From positions 736,001 through 800,000 of the forward strand of contig CAVTRC010000001.1 in assembly GCA_963737065.1 (NCBI GenBank): a stretch of DNA of 64,000 nucleotides. The letters are read 5' to 3'. Position numbers and translations under genes: made by a program. Position 1 is the stretch's first letter. Each line of letters begins with the position of its first letter. The DNA comes from Candidatus Eremiobacteria bacterium. Lineage in GTDB: Bacteria; Vulcanimicrobiota; Vulcanimicrobiia; Vulcanimicrobiales; Vulcanimicrobiaceae. Shown here piece by piece: positions 21,673 to 31,145 of the stretch. The notes under the pieces are model-generated. The model searched no databases. It was not told the DNA's origin and saw nothing but the letters and a program-made list of their open reading frames with translations.

Positions 21673-23094
21673 TGGCTACAACGATCACGATGCCGCAACT
21701 CGGCGAAACGGTTACCGAAGGCACCGTCGCACAGTGGCTCAAGAACGTCGGCGACACCGTTGAGAAGTACGAGCCGTTTCTCGAAGTATCGACCGATAAG
21801 GTCAATGCGGAAGTCCCCGCACCCGTGACGGGCGTTATCAAAGACGTGCTCGTGAAAGAAGGCGACACGGTCCCGGTCGGTACTGCGATTGCAGTCATCG
21901 AAGAAGTGGACGGCGCAACCGAAGCTGCGCCTGCAGCACAACCACCGTCGACGACTGAATCGATGGCCGCAAGTGCGAACGAAGAGCCCGTTCCCGGGTT
22001 CAACATTCCGCAATTGCCGACGAACCGGCAGCCGCGTCATCGGGTAACGGCCACACGCGCACGGGAACGGCGTGATTCCGAGTTCGTACGGCGCATCCGG
22101 CGGTCTCGAAGGCGCGGAGGACGCGCTTCGCAAGGCGTCGCCGGCGGTGCGCAAACTCGCGCGCGAGAACAACATCGACATTCGAGCGATCCGCGGAACC
22201 GGCACGAACGGACGCGTTACCGCGGAAGACGTCATGGCGGCGGCCGCAATGGGTCCGGCCGCGGCCGTCGGTCAAGCGATTGCGACCGGCACGAATTTCG
22301 GCGCAACGCCGCCGCCGTCGTTTGCAGCCTCCGCGCCGCCCGCGGCTCCCCCGCCGGCGCCGGCCGCGTCCGGTACATCGAGCTACGGCGCACCGATTCC
22401 CGGCACCGTTATTCCGCTCACGCAAGCGCGCCGCATCATCGCGGAACGCATGGTTGAATCGAAGCATACTGCGCCGCATGCGTGGTCGATGGTTTCGATC
22501 GACGTGACGAACGTGTGGAAATGGCGCGCTCGCGAAAAGGATCGCTTCGAACGCGAAACGGGATACAAATTGACGCTTCTGCCGTTCTTCATTCGCGCCG
22601 TGATCGAGTCGATATCGGTATTTCCCTTGATGAACGCAAAGTTTACGGCGGACGGGATCTACGTGAATAAAGACGTCAACATCGGCATCGCGATCGGTCT
22701 CGCGACAAACCTCGTCGTTCCCGTCATCAAGGGTGCCGATGCCTTGTCGATCAAGGGCCTCGCGATTGCGGCAGGCGAGTTGATCGATAAAGCGCGTCGC
22801 AACAAGCTCGGCGTGGACGATCTCGCGGGTGGAACGTTCACCGTGAACAACAACGGCGCGAACGGTTCATGGGCGTCCGCGCCGATCATCAACGGCGGTC
22901 AAGCCGGAATCGTTACGATGGAAACGGTAGAAAAGAAGCTGCTCGTGCGCGAAGACGATTCATTTGCTCCACGTTACGTGATGAACTCGTGCCTCTCGCT
23001 CGACCATCGCGTCGTCGACGGTTACGTCGCAAGCGGCTTCCTCGCCGACCTGAAGAAACGACTCGAAAAAATGGGCCCGGACGGCGCGCTCTAG
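21672..23094 (+). CDS. Dihydrolipoamide acyltransferase E2; net +1 frameshift in the linker (~22026-22060)
   Basis: Lipoyl domain [11 protein letters not shown]...[11 protein letters not shown]3-binding [18 protein letters not shown]; catalytic SLDHRVVDG. Confidence 0.92.
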
Positions 23095-23209
23095 TTGCGC
23101 GGCCGGCGAGCGTTACGTCGAACCGCGGTTCCGAGGTGCTCGACGACGCCACTAGGCCAGCGCCGCCCGACGTACGTACTTGAACCGACGTGTTTTCATC
23201 GATTGCAAA

Positions 23210-23233
23210 GGGAGATCGCGATTGCGATCTCCC
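23210..23233 (-). terminator. Intrinsic-terminator-like hairpin between convergent genes
   Basis: Perfect 10-bp stem GGGAGATCGC-GATT-GCGATCTCCC, 7 nt past the stop of the HAF-repeat gene; short T run on the minus strand. Confidence 0.6.
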
Positions 23234-23240
23234 GTCTGCG

Positions 23241-24581
23241 TTACGCTCCGGGGCGCGGAACGAGAGGCCCGATGAAGGGCCGGAAGCTCCGGTGCTGCAG
23301 CATTTGCCGACGCACGGCTTCCGGCAGAACGATGCGCGACGCACGCGCCGCCGCGGGTTTGAACGTACCGCTCGCCGGAATGAGTAGCACGGCCGGCATT
23401 GTGCCGCTGCTCGTGTCGTATGCCTGTCCGACGATCCAACCACGGTCGTTGATGTCGCCCGCGCTTAGCACGTAGAGCTGCGAAGAAGAAATAAGCAGAT
23501 TCAAGTCCGTCATTGCGCCGTTCTGCCAGATGAAACCACGGCATGTTCCGCCGGCATCACATGAATACCCGACCGTCTGATTGGTCTTGTTCACGCCCAG
23601 CGCTTCACTCAGAAGGTCGCCAGGCAACGTTCCGAGATCGCGTATTCCGCCATGCTTCCATTCGACGGCGTGATAGGTCGTGTTTCCACTGAGTGCTGAT
23701 TGTCCGACGATCTCGTCTCGATTATTGATCGCCGTCGCAATGTTTGCGGTCGTCCCGCCTAAGCTGCCGAGATCCGCCGGCGCGCCCACGCCATGCCAAA
23801 CCAGTGCATGCGCGGTACCATATCTGACATTGTTCGGCGGCCCGCAGGGGCCCGATGCGCCTACGGCTGCGCCCGCATCATTGATCGCAACGGCTTGCGA
23901 GACCGCATCACCGTGCAGCGGTTCGAGATCTCGCGGCCGGCCGTCGCGTTCCCAAATAGCACCATCGTAATCGAGGACCTGCGGCGCACCACACGTCGAA
24001 TCCCGAGCGGGCTTTTCTGCGAAACCCGCGATGCGCCCGGATTGATTGACGGCGGCCGCAAACGAGTTGTCACCGCCAAGCGGCGCGAGCGGTGTCATCA
24101 CGTTGTTCTTCCACTTAAAACCGGCGCAGAGATTCGGCGATCCTGTTCCGCAAAAGTTTTCCGCCAGCGGATCGGTCTGCGCGATGTCAGAAAAGCCGGC
24201 TATTTCACCGCGATCGTTTTTCACCGGCCATCCGACCTCGCTGTTCGGACCGCCGAGCGTTCCCAAATCGACGATGTGGCCGTCAACCCAAATGACGGCG
24301 TGAAAGGCGGCGTCTCCGCTAATCCTTGAAAGTCCGCCGACCCAGCCACGATTGTTGATGCTATTGGCTGCGCTTGCGCTACCGCCTAGCGTGCCGAGAT
24401 CGACGACATAGTAATGCGTAATGGTCTTGCTTTGATCGGCGGCGATCGAACGCGAAACGTTCGAAGCGTGTTCGCCCGCCGGCGCGAATGAAGACGGCGC
24501 GCCGCCTCCACTACATCCAGCGATGACGGCCGCGGCGACACCTACGTAAGCGCGCCGAGCCAAACGCCAATTCATACTCAT
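23241..24581 (-). CDS. HAF-type extracellular repeat (beta-propeller) lipoprotein
   Basis: RBS AAGGAG; lipobox IAGC; repeated 'DLGTLGG..S.A..IN..G.VVG' and YHAVEW/FHAVIW units. Confidence 0.85.
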   Translation of the reverse strand: MSMNWRLARRAYVGVAAAVIAGCSGGGAPSSFAPAGEHASNVSRSIAADQSKTITHYYVVDLGTLGGSASAANSINNRGWVGGLSRISGDAAFHAVIWVDGHIVDLGTLGGPNSEVGWPVKNDRGEIAGFSDIAQTDPLAENFCGTGSPNLCAGFKWKNNVMTPLAPLGGDNSFAAAVNQSGRIAGFAEKPARDSTCGAPQVLDYDGAIWERDGRPRDLEPLHGDAVSQAVAINDAGAAVGASGPCGPPNNVRYGTAHALVWHGVGAPADLGSLGGTTANIATAINNRDEIVGQSALSGNTTYHAVEWKHGGIRDLGTLPGDLLSEALGVNKTNQTVGYSCDAGGTCRGFIWQNGAMTDLNLLISSSQLYVLSAGDINDRGWIVGQAYDTSSGTMPAVLLIPASGTFKPAAARASRIVLPEAVRRQMLQHRSFRPFIGPLVPRPGA

Positions 24582-24734
24582 GGTTAGGCTCCTTTGCTCG
24601 CCCGAAGCGACTCTTGCCCGAGCATTTTGCGGATTGCGCCGCTCGCCGCCGCGTTCCCGAATGGCAGTTTTTCGTTGATGAGAGTTCATGCGACGCGGGG
24701 TCACGGCAAGACGCCATGTTGCGTTTGGCATGGT

Positions 24735-26390
24735 GTGAACAGTCTGGAACGCAGCATCCGCCGCTTACTTCGAAGACTGTCCGACGGTTCCGATCCGCCT
24801 GTTACCTCTGCGTTTGCGCAGCGATTCCAACGTGCGTTCAAAGCGCGGAATCCGCGCTTAGCGTTCGAACGAGCCCTATCGGAAGCCGTGAAGGGCTGTG
24901 ATCCGCAGCGCGCGCGCACGCTCAGGGGCGCGTTGGACGGAACAGGGTGCCGCGGAATGAGCGAACGCAGTTACTATCGAGCAAAGAAAGATATCGTAGA
25001 ACGGTTGGCGGTGGTCGTTGCGGCGCGGCTCGTGCCGGTGAACCGCAGTGCGGCAGTCGCACAAGCAACGGAACCGGCTCCTATCGCGCTGCCGATGGTC
25101 GACCGCCTCATGCCGGAGACGATACGTCTAGAATCCTACTGCGGAACCGATCGCGCTCGCGCGCTTTCTGCAGCGGCCTTGTGTGCCGAAATGGACGCGG
25201 ATCAGACGCGTGCCGACACGTTCATAACCGCGGCGGCCGGCCACGTTCGCAACCAGTTCGGCGGTTTCGACGTGGCGGCAGCGTTCGAGGTCGCGCAAAA
25301 CGCGTTTTTTATCGCACGGTGCCGCGGTGATCTTGTTGCGATGCGAGCCGCCTTACGAACGATGGCGCGTTTTCGCGAGCGTTTGAGCGCAGAAGCAAGG
25401 GTCAAATTCTCGCTCGACTGCAGCGAGGTGTTTCTCTACGAAGGCCGTCTGCGCGATGCCGCGCTGGAGCTGCAGGTCGCGGATCTACATGCGTCCACCT
25501 GCAAAAGCACGCTATTGCAGTCGATCGCGCTGGTTCGCCGGGCGCAGATATCGCTGTTGACGCAAGACTTGCACGGTGCCGAAGAAGCCGGCGCCGGCGC
25601 ATTGTACGTCGCCCGTGCGCATGCCGATATCCGCGTTTATGCTGCAGAAGTGCTCGGCCGTTCGGCGCTTCAAACGGGAAGCGCGTGGTCAAGCGCCGGG
25701 CTGGAAGAATGCCGGAGCGTATTTCACTCCCTTAACGTCCGCACCGTTCTCGCGCGTCACCAACTGCGCAACGCGCGCATGGAAGTCGCGGCGCAAACGG
25801 CGCACGACGCTTTCGATATGGCGATCCGCCTTCGATATTGGCACCTTGCAAGCCGGGCGGGATCGACTCTCGCGTTATGCCTTACGTCAAACGAGGCGCG
25901 TCCGTGGATCAGCGAGGTGCTCCGCTTACATCTGCGCGCCAAAAAGCAAAACGCGTACATGGGAGCAGATTTGTTCGATGGCGATGCGCGGGGCCGGCGT
26001 TTGCTGCGCGAATTTTTATTCACTGAAGACGCAGTACGCGCGATCGCACAAACGCATCTCGAGCGCTTCCCTGATTCGGCGTTGGCCACGCATGGGGCGT
26101 CGTTCATCGCGCGGTTAACCGAGTTCATTCTGCGCGGTGCGACCGATCCGTCGGCTCATCCGTCTCCGACCTTCGCGAGTGCAGCAAAGCGGTTTTCCCA
26201 GCAAACGTCGCTTCCGGAATTCGAGCGGGAAGTACGACGGCTCGGTAACCTCGTCGGCGCGCTCGCGACGCTTCTACCGCGCGACGATCGCGGACCGTTC
26301 ATCGCTGCCTGTCGACGGCAAACGCGCGACGCGGAGCGCGCGATGCGGCGGTCGTTCGCGCGCTATCACTGGACGGCGCTACGGTATTAA
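24735..26390 (+). CDS. Hypothetical all-helical protein with probable N-terminal HTH and TPR-like region
   Basis: 'GMSERSYYRAKKDIVERL' resembles a sigma-4/LuxR-like recognition helix; Ala/Leu/Arg-rich helical repeats; divergent from the HAF gene; start uncertain. Confidence 0.55.
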   Translation: MNSLERSIRRLLRRLSDGSDPPVTSAFAQRFQRAFKARNPRLAFERALSEAVKGCDPQRARTLRGALDGTGCRGMSERSYYRAKKDIVERLAVVVAARLVPVNRSAAVAQATEPAPIALPMVDRLMPETIRLESYCGTDRARALSAAALCAEMDADQTRADTFITAAAGHVRNQFGGFDVAAAFEVAQNAFFIARCRGDLVAMRAALRTMARFRERLSAEARVKFSLDCSEVFLYEGRLRDAALELQVADLHASTCKSTLLQSIALVRRAQISLLTQDLHGAEEAGAGALYVARAHADIRVYAAEVLGRSALQTGSAWSSAGLEECRSVFHSLNVRTVLARHQLRNARMEVAAQTAHDAFDMAIRLRYWHLASRAGSTLALCLTSNEARPWISEVLRLHLRAKKQNAYMGADLFDGDARGRRLLREFLFTEDAVRAIAQTHLERFPDSALATHGASFIARLTEFILRGATDPSAHPSPTFASAAKRFSQQTSLPEFEREVRRLGNLVGALATLLPRDDRGPFIAACRRQTRDAERAMRRSFARYHWTALRY

Positions 26391-26440
26391 ACGTTGCCTT
26401 ACGCCATTTGCCCGTAAGACGCCGAGCCGATCGGTCGTCG

Positions 26441-26869
26441 TCATTGTTCCAACAACCGCTGAAGCGCTTCGAAACTCGTTTCCCAACCGATGCGATTTGC
26501 ATCGCACATTTCTTGGGTCGAAGAACCGTCGTGATGCAAGGTGAGGCGCGTCCCGCGTTCCGTCGGTTCCAATTCGTACGAAACCGTTGTAACGAACGGT
26601 TTACCGACAAGCTGCCATGTATGCACGAGCTTCTTCGGCGCGTCGATCTCGACGTATTCGCCCTCGATCGCGTACGGGTTTCCGCGCGCAATCCCCGATA
26701 TGCGCCACTTACCGCCGGCACGGACGTCGCCGCTCCATTCGCGAGTATCGAAGACGCCGGGACGTACCCACCATTGCGTAATCTCGGACGAAGTCAGGGC
26801 GCTGAAGACACGCTCGGGCGATGCCGGCAACTCCACCGTAGCGACCGCATCGAATGATGCTGCGTTCAT
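26441..26869 (-). CDS. SRPBCC/AHSA1 domain protein
   Basis: ASPERVFSALT, DVRAGGKW, GEYVEIDAPKKLVHTW, GTRLTLHH. Confidence 0.9.
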   Translation of the reverse strand: MNAASFDAVATVELPASPERVFSALTSSEITQWWVRPGVFDTREWSGDVRAGGKWRISGIARGNPYAIEGEYVEIDAPKKLVHTWQLVGKPFVTTVSYELEPTERGTRLTLHHDGSSTQEMCDANRIGWETSFEALQRLLEQ

Positions 26870-26870
26870 C

Positions 26871-27308
26871 TCACAATACCTCGCGCAGTTGTTCGGCGAT
26901 CGCGTCCCATCCGCGTGCATGCCCCGCTCGCGACTCTTCGCTCGCGAATTGTTCGTGCGTAAGAATCATCTCCGTCCCGCCGTTGCACGGATTGAATTCC
27001 AACGTGAGCAGCGTCTCGCGCTCCTCGCGAGGATCGTCTTCTTTCCACCGCCACGTCATTTGTAAACGATTCGGAGGCCGCACGTCGCGATAGATGCCGC
27101 CGACGGCCCAGCGCTCGCCATTGGCCATTTGCATGACGATCCGGTACGTTCCGCCGGCACGCACGTCCATCTCCACGTCCGGCGTCGTCACATCGTCCGG
27201 GCCCAAGAACTGCTTCGCCAATTCCGGCGTAGTCCACGCTTGAAATACGCGCTCGGGCGGCACGTCATACGTGCGGCGGATGACGAGCGCAGGAATCGTC
27301 GTTTGCAT
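26871..27308 (-). CDS. SRPBCC/AHSA1 domain protein
   Basis: PPERVFQAWT, DVRAGGTYRI, GTEMILTHE, HARGW. Confidence 0.9.
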   Translation of the reverse strand: MQTTIPALVIRRTYDVPPERVFQAWTTPELAKQFLGPDDVTTPDVEMDVRAGGTYRIVMQMANGERWAVGGIYRDVRPPNRLQMTWRWKEDDPREERETLLTLEFNPCNGGTEMILTHEQFASEESRAGHARGWDAIAEQLREVL

Positions 27309-27310
27309 CG

Positions 27311-27646
27311 CTATTTCTTCTTTCGTTCGGGCTTTGCAAGAAGATGATCGAGGCGATCGAGCACGGTATTCCAGTAGCGTCGCTGACGTTCGATCCACGC
27401 AGCCGCCGCTTCCATCGCTTCGGGCGTAAGATTCAAGTAGTGCGTGCGTCCGACGACTTTGCGCGCAATGAGCCCTGACTCTTCAAGCACGCGCACGTGC
27501 TTTGAGATCGCCGGCTGCGAGATCGGAAATTCGCAAGCGATTTGTCCGACCGTCGAGGCTTTGTGCGCCAGCCGTTCCAAAATACGGCGGCGAGTCGGGT
27601 CGGCCAAAGCGGAGAAGACCGCGTCGAGCTTCGCATTATTAACCAT
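27311..27646 (-). CDS. ArsR/SmtB-family regulator
   Basis: FSALADPTRRRIL, ISQPAISKHVRVLEESGL. Confidence 0.93.
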   Translation of the reverse strand: MVNNAKLDAVFSALADPTRRRILERLAHKASTVGQIACEFPISQPAISKHVRVLEESGLIARKVVGRTHYLNLTPEAMEAAAAWIERQRRYWNTVLDRLDHLLAKPERKKK

Positions 27647-27669
27647 TTGGTTATATAACCATACCGTTA
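27640..27669. promoter_or_regulatory. Tandem palindromic operator for the ArsR regulator
   Basis: TAACCATTTGGTTA (27640-27653) and TAACCATACCGTTA (27656-27669) overlap the start codon. Confidence 0.7.
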
Positions 27670-27702
27670 AATGACGAGAGCGTCAAGCGTGCGGCGGACC
27701 GA

Positions 27703-28653
27703 CTACGCGCCTCTCGCTTCGGACGGCGTCTGTCCGTATGCGACTCGCCACAACCGGCGAAGTTGCCGCCCATCGGCGAATCCGCATCGCTCCGCAACGG
27801 CGTCGATCGTCAGGGTTTTGTCGCGGAGCAACGAGCGCGCGTGCTCGAGTCGCAGCGACGTTGCATACGTTTTGATCGTAGCGCCCGTCGCTAGACGGAA
27901 CTGCCGCGTTAACGTGCGCGGACTTACGCCCGCGACGCGCGCCAAAGATTCGATCGTGAATGCCTCGTCGGGATGTTCCACCAGCCAGTCCTGCGCAGCA
28001 TGGACTTCCGGGTACGTGTGATCGCGCCGGTCGAAGTACGCGCTCAACTGCTCCTGCGTACCGCCGCGGCGCATTCCGACGACCATCTCACGCGCAACAT
28101 TAGCAGCAGCGCGCGCACCGACATCGCGTTCCACGATTGCAAGCGCGAGATCGACGCCCGATGCGATACCGGCGCTCGTCGCGATCCTTCCGTCGAATAC
28201 GTAGAGCCGATTCGCGGCAACACGAGCGCGCGGGAACGCCGAGCGCAGCGCGTCGGTGTACTTCCAATGCGTTGTAACGTTCCGTTCATCAAGTAACCCC
28301 GCTGCGCCGAGCACGAACGCGCCGACGCAAACGGAGGCTATACGCGCGCCGTTAGCGTACGATGCGCGCAGCCACGCGGTGACGTCTGCGATCTTCGAGC
28401 GGCGATTGCATGCCGCTTCGCGCATCGTCGCACTTCCCGGGATAACGATCGTGTCGTCCGGGCCGGCGTCGTGCGGCAGAGGCTGCACCCGCGATATCGC
28501 GAGCGACTGTTCGCTCGCGATGTCCGATTGCGTCGACACGTACTCTAATTGATATGGAGCAGCGGCGGCAATCGCTTCGTGAAAAACTTGAACGGGGCCG
28601 GCGAGATCGAAGAGCTCGACACGGTCCGGAACAAAAACGATGACGCGCTTCAC
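27703..28653 (-). CDS. GlxA/FtrA-family AraC regulator (DJ-1 + HTH)
   Basis: FDLAGPVQVF, SVCVGAFVLGAAGLLD, TTHW, TSAGIASGVD, AraC HTH. Confidence 0.93.
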   Translation of the reverse strand: MKRVIVFVPDRVELFDLAGPVQVFHEAIAAAAPYQLEYVSTQSDIASEQSLAISRVQPLPHDAGPDDTIVIPGSATMREAACNRRSKIADVTAWLRASYANGARIASVCVGAFVLGAAGLLDERNVTTHWKYTDALRSAFPRARVAANRLYVFDGRIATSAGIASGVDLALAIVERDVGARAAANVAREMVVGMRRGGTQEQLSAYFDRRDHTYPEVHAAQDWLVEHPDEAFTIESLARVAGVSPRTLTRQFRLATGATIKTYATSLRLEHARSLLRDKTLTIDAVAERCGFADGRQLRRLWRVAYGQTPSEARGA

Positions 28654-29246
28654 GCCGGAACGGTACTCATATCCCGTACGATATCATCCACCGTTGCGAT
28701 GCGCGCAAACCGCCGGCGGAGAGCAAATTCCGTTCGTTCCACGATATCGTCGGTGGACAGCTCGCGCCCACTCCCGTCCGCGTGTTCCGCAATAGGAAAC
28801 GTCATCGTCGCCTCGGTGACGAAATCGACGCCAAAACCTAGGTCGGCGCCGACGCGCGCGGTCGTCTCGCAACACTGCTCCGTCTGGATTCCGCTAACCA
28901 CGACCCGGCGAATGCCGCGCTCTAACAAGATCGGAAGCAAGTCCGTGCTCGTGAAGCAATTGCGGGTGGTCTTGTGAACGATCGGTTCACCGGGCAGCGG
29001 CTTCAGAAAATCCATCAAGCGATACTGCGGGCTCGTTATCGAGAACGCGTCGTCCGAGTCGCTGTGCAGGACGTAGATCACCGGCTGGGCGGCGGCGCGA
29101 AACGCACCGATCAGTCGCGAGACGTTCGGTTCGAACGCCGCCGCGTTGCTGCGCCGTGCCCACCGCGCGCCGGCTTTGAACGAATCCTGTACGTCGATGA
29201 CGAGCAGCGCCGCTTCGCGCGGGTTCAGCCGGTCTTTTAGCGCCAT
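28650..29246 (-). CDS. Isochorismatase-family cysteine hydrolase
   Basis: ALLVIDVQ, K..RNCF, GIQTEQCCETTAR. Confidence 0.92.
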   Translation of the reverse strand: MALKDRLNPREAALLVIDVQDSFKAGARWARRSNAAAFEPNVSRLIGAFRAAAQPVIYVLHSDSDDAFSITSPQYRLMDFLKPLPGEPIVHKTTRNCFTSTDLLPILLERGIRRVVVSGIQTEQCCETTARVGADLGFGVDFVTEATMTFPIAEHADGSGRELSTDDIVERTEFALRRRFARIATVDDIVRDMSTVPA

Positions 29247-29456
29247 GTGTGTCTCCTCGCTCTCATAGGACGCTTTATGCCAGTGTGACGCTATTCTTCG
29301 CATGACGTTAGTCCACCCGAGGACACCGCTCGGACATTGTGGGCCAAGTTATGGCCGTGACGGCCGGCCGAAGCCTCGCACTGGCCGGGCACGCCAGGCG
29401 AACGAGTCGCCGATGCAGCATATGAGTCGTCAGCCCCGCACGTTACGGAGAATTTC

Positions 29457-30101
29457 GTGAATCCGATTGTCGAAGAATTGCGCTTGATGTCTCCCGCGCC
29501 GCTGCCGCTCGGCCTCGCTTGCGACGGAACCACGCTCTGGATGGCGAGCCGCGAAACGCACCGTCTCTATGAGATTGAGGCGCCGACGTGGACGGTGAGG
29601 AGCGAATCGCAGGCACCCGGCGGCCCGTTCGGGATGACGATGGTGGGCGATGAAGTTCGCGTTGTCATCGGTATGGGAGAGAAGGATCACGATCGCTACG
29701 TCTATCGCTTTATTCCGGGACACGGCTTCAAAAACGATCCCATCCCGTGCCCGGATCTTACCGGCGCGCACGTAGCATTTGACGGCGACACACTGTTCTT
29801 GAGCCAAGCGTCCTATCGAAAAATTCTTGCGCTCGACGGTCAAGGCGACGTTCTGCGCGAGATTCCGTTGGACCGCACGCCGCTTGGGATGACCATCTTC
29901 GAAGGCTGCTTCTATTTGATTACCGGCGACGAAGAGTTCGAGAATCTCGAGTTGTGGCGCGTCGATGCGCGCGACGGGTCACCGGCCGTCGATGTGCTGG
30001 GCTCGATTGCATTCGACGCGCGCGGCCTCGCATTCGATGGGACGCGTTTCTGGACATCGCATCGCGACAGCAACGAGATCGTCGCCTTTCTATCACCATA
30101 A
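29457..30101 (+). CDS. Hypothetical beta-propeller protein (glutamine cyclotransferase/YncE-like)
   Basis: Repeats 'GLA.DG..LW' (GLACDGTTLW, VAFDGDTLF, GLAFDGTRFW); RBS GGAG. Confidence 0.6.
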   Translation: MNPIVEELRLMSPAPLPLGLACDGTTLWMASRETHRLYEIEAPTWTVRSESQAPGGPFGMTMVGDEVRVVIGMGEKDHDRYVYRFIPGHGFKNDPIPCPDLTGAHVAFDGDTLFLSQASYRKILALDGQGDVLREIPLDRTPLGMTIFEGCFYLITGDEEFENLELWRVDARDGSPAVDVLGSIAFDARGLAFDGTRFWTSHRDSNEIVAFLSP

Positions 30102-31145
30102 ATGTATGCAGTGACCGTTCTTCTTCTCGCGGCGCTCATCGCGCAAGGTCCTGTCGCGTCCGCTAATGCTTCTGCAACGGCCGGCGACGACGCGTTTGCG
30201 CGAGGTGATTTCCAAACCGCGTTCGCCGATTACAACGACGCGATCGCGGAGAATCCAAGCGAGGCCGAGGCCGTGCTTGGACTCGGAACACTCGACCTCT
30301 ATCGCAACGACTGGAGCAACGCGCGAACGTATCTCAATCGCGCGCGACGCCTCGCACCGAACGATCCGCGCGTCTTATCGCGTCTAATGACACTGCAAGA
30401 ACGGTTACCGAAACCCGACCGCTATGCCTTCGATCTGCAAAACGGACAGACCGACATCCCGTTCGTGGCCATCGATCCCGTGCCGATCGTCCGCGCGACG
30501 ATCGACGGAAAGTCATATTTGTTCGTGGTCGACACCGCGGCAGCGTCGGTCGACCTCAATCCGGCCGCGGCACAAGCACTCGGTATAACCGACAGCGGAA
30601 CGATCGACGCGTTGAAATTCCCCGGACTAACGGTAAGTAACGTGCCCGCCCGGATCGCGCCGCAACCGATCGGCGGCGGCAGCATACACGTCGACGGCGC
30701 ACTCGGCACCGTGTTTCTCTCGCATTTTTTGCCGACATTCGATTACGCGCACAACCGCTTGACGCTGCGCTTGTGGGCGGCGTCACCGGCGATCGAGGAA
30801 GCCGCGGCAGCACAGAATGCGGCGATCGAGCCGATGTGGCTCGTCGGCACGCACCTCTTGCTCGCAAGCGGACGGATTGACGGCGAACGCGGGCAGCTCT
30901 TTGCGATTCAAACCGGACGCAGCGAGGGCACCGTCGCCCTCGTCGAGGCGGAAGAGTCACCGTTTACGCTGCCGCTTGTATCGCTTGGTAAATATGCGCA
31001 GGGACCGGTTACCGGCGTCGCGTTGCCTGCCGGGCTTTTTGGTAAGGTACCGTTCCATGTCGCGGGCGCGCTGCGCAACCGGTTCTTCCGGTCTGCAGCG
31101 CTGACGCTCGACTTTACCACGATGAAGATCGTTGTGACGAGATGA
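30102..31145 (+). CDS. Secreted TPR + retropepsin-like aspartyl protease domain protein
   Basis: Signal peptide, TPRs (GDFQTAFADY, ARRLAPND), FVVDTAA, DGALG. Confidence 0.7.
   Translation: MYAVTVLLLAALIAQGPVASANASATAGDDAFARGDFQTAFADYNDAIAENPSEAEAVLGLGTLDLYRNDWSNARTYLNRARRLAPNDPRVLSRLMTLQERLPKPDRYAFDLQNGQTDIPFVAIDPVPIVRATIDGKSYLFVVDTAAASVDLNPAAAQALGITDSGTIDALKFPGLTVSNVPARIAPQPIGGGSIHVDGALGTVFLSHFLPTFDYAHNRLTLRLWAASPAIEEAAAAQNAAIEPMWLVGTHLLLASGRIDGERGQLFAIQTGRSEGTVALVEAEESPFTLPLVSLGKYAQGPVTGVALPAGLFGKVPFHVAGALRNRFFRSAALTLDFTTMKIVVTR

Noticed and set aside
23400..24420. Repeated DNA units as a CRISPR or tandem-repeat array
   Set aside because: Degenerate coding repeats of the HAF propeller; no identical repeat-spacer structure, and none seen elsewhere in the window
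29247..29456. GC-rich hairpins in the divergent intergenic region as a riboswitch or ncRNA
   Set aside because: No recognisable aptamer consensus; short hairpins are expected at this GC content (an Rfam/Infernal scan would settle it)
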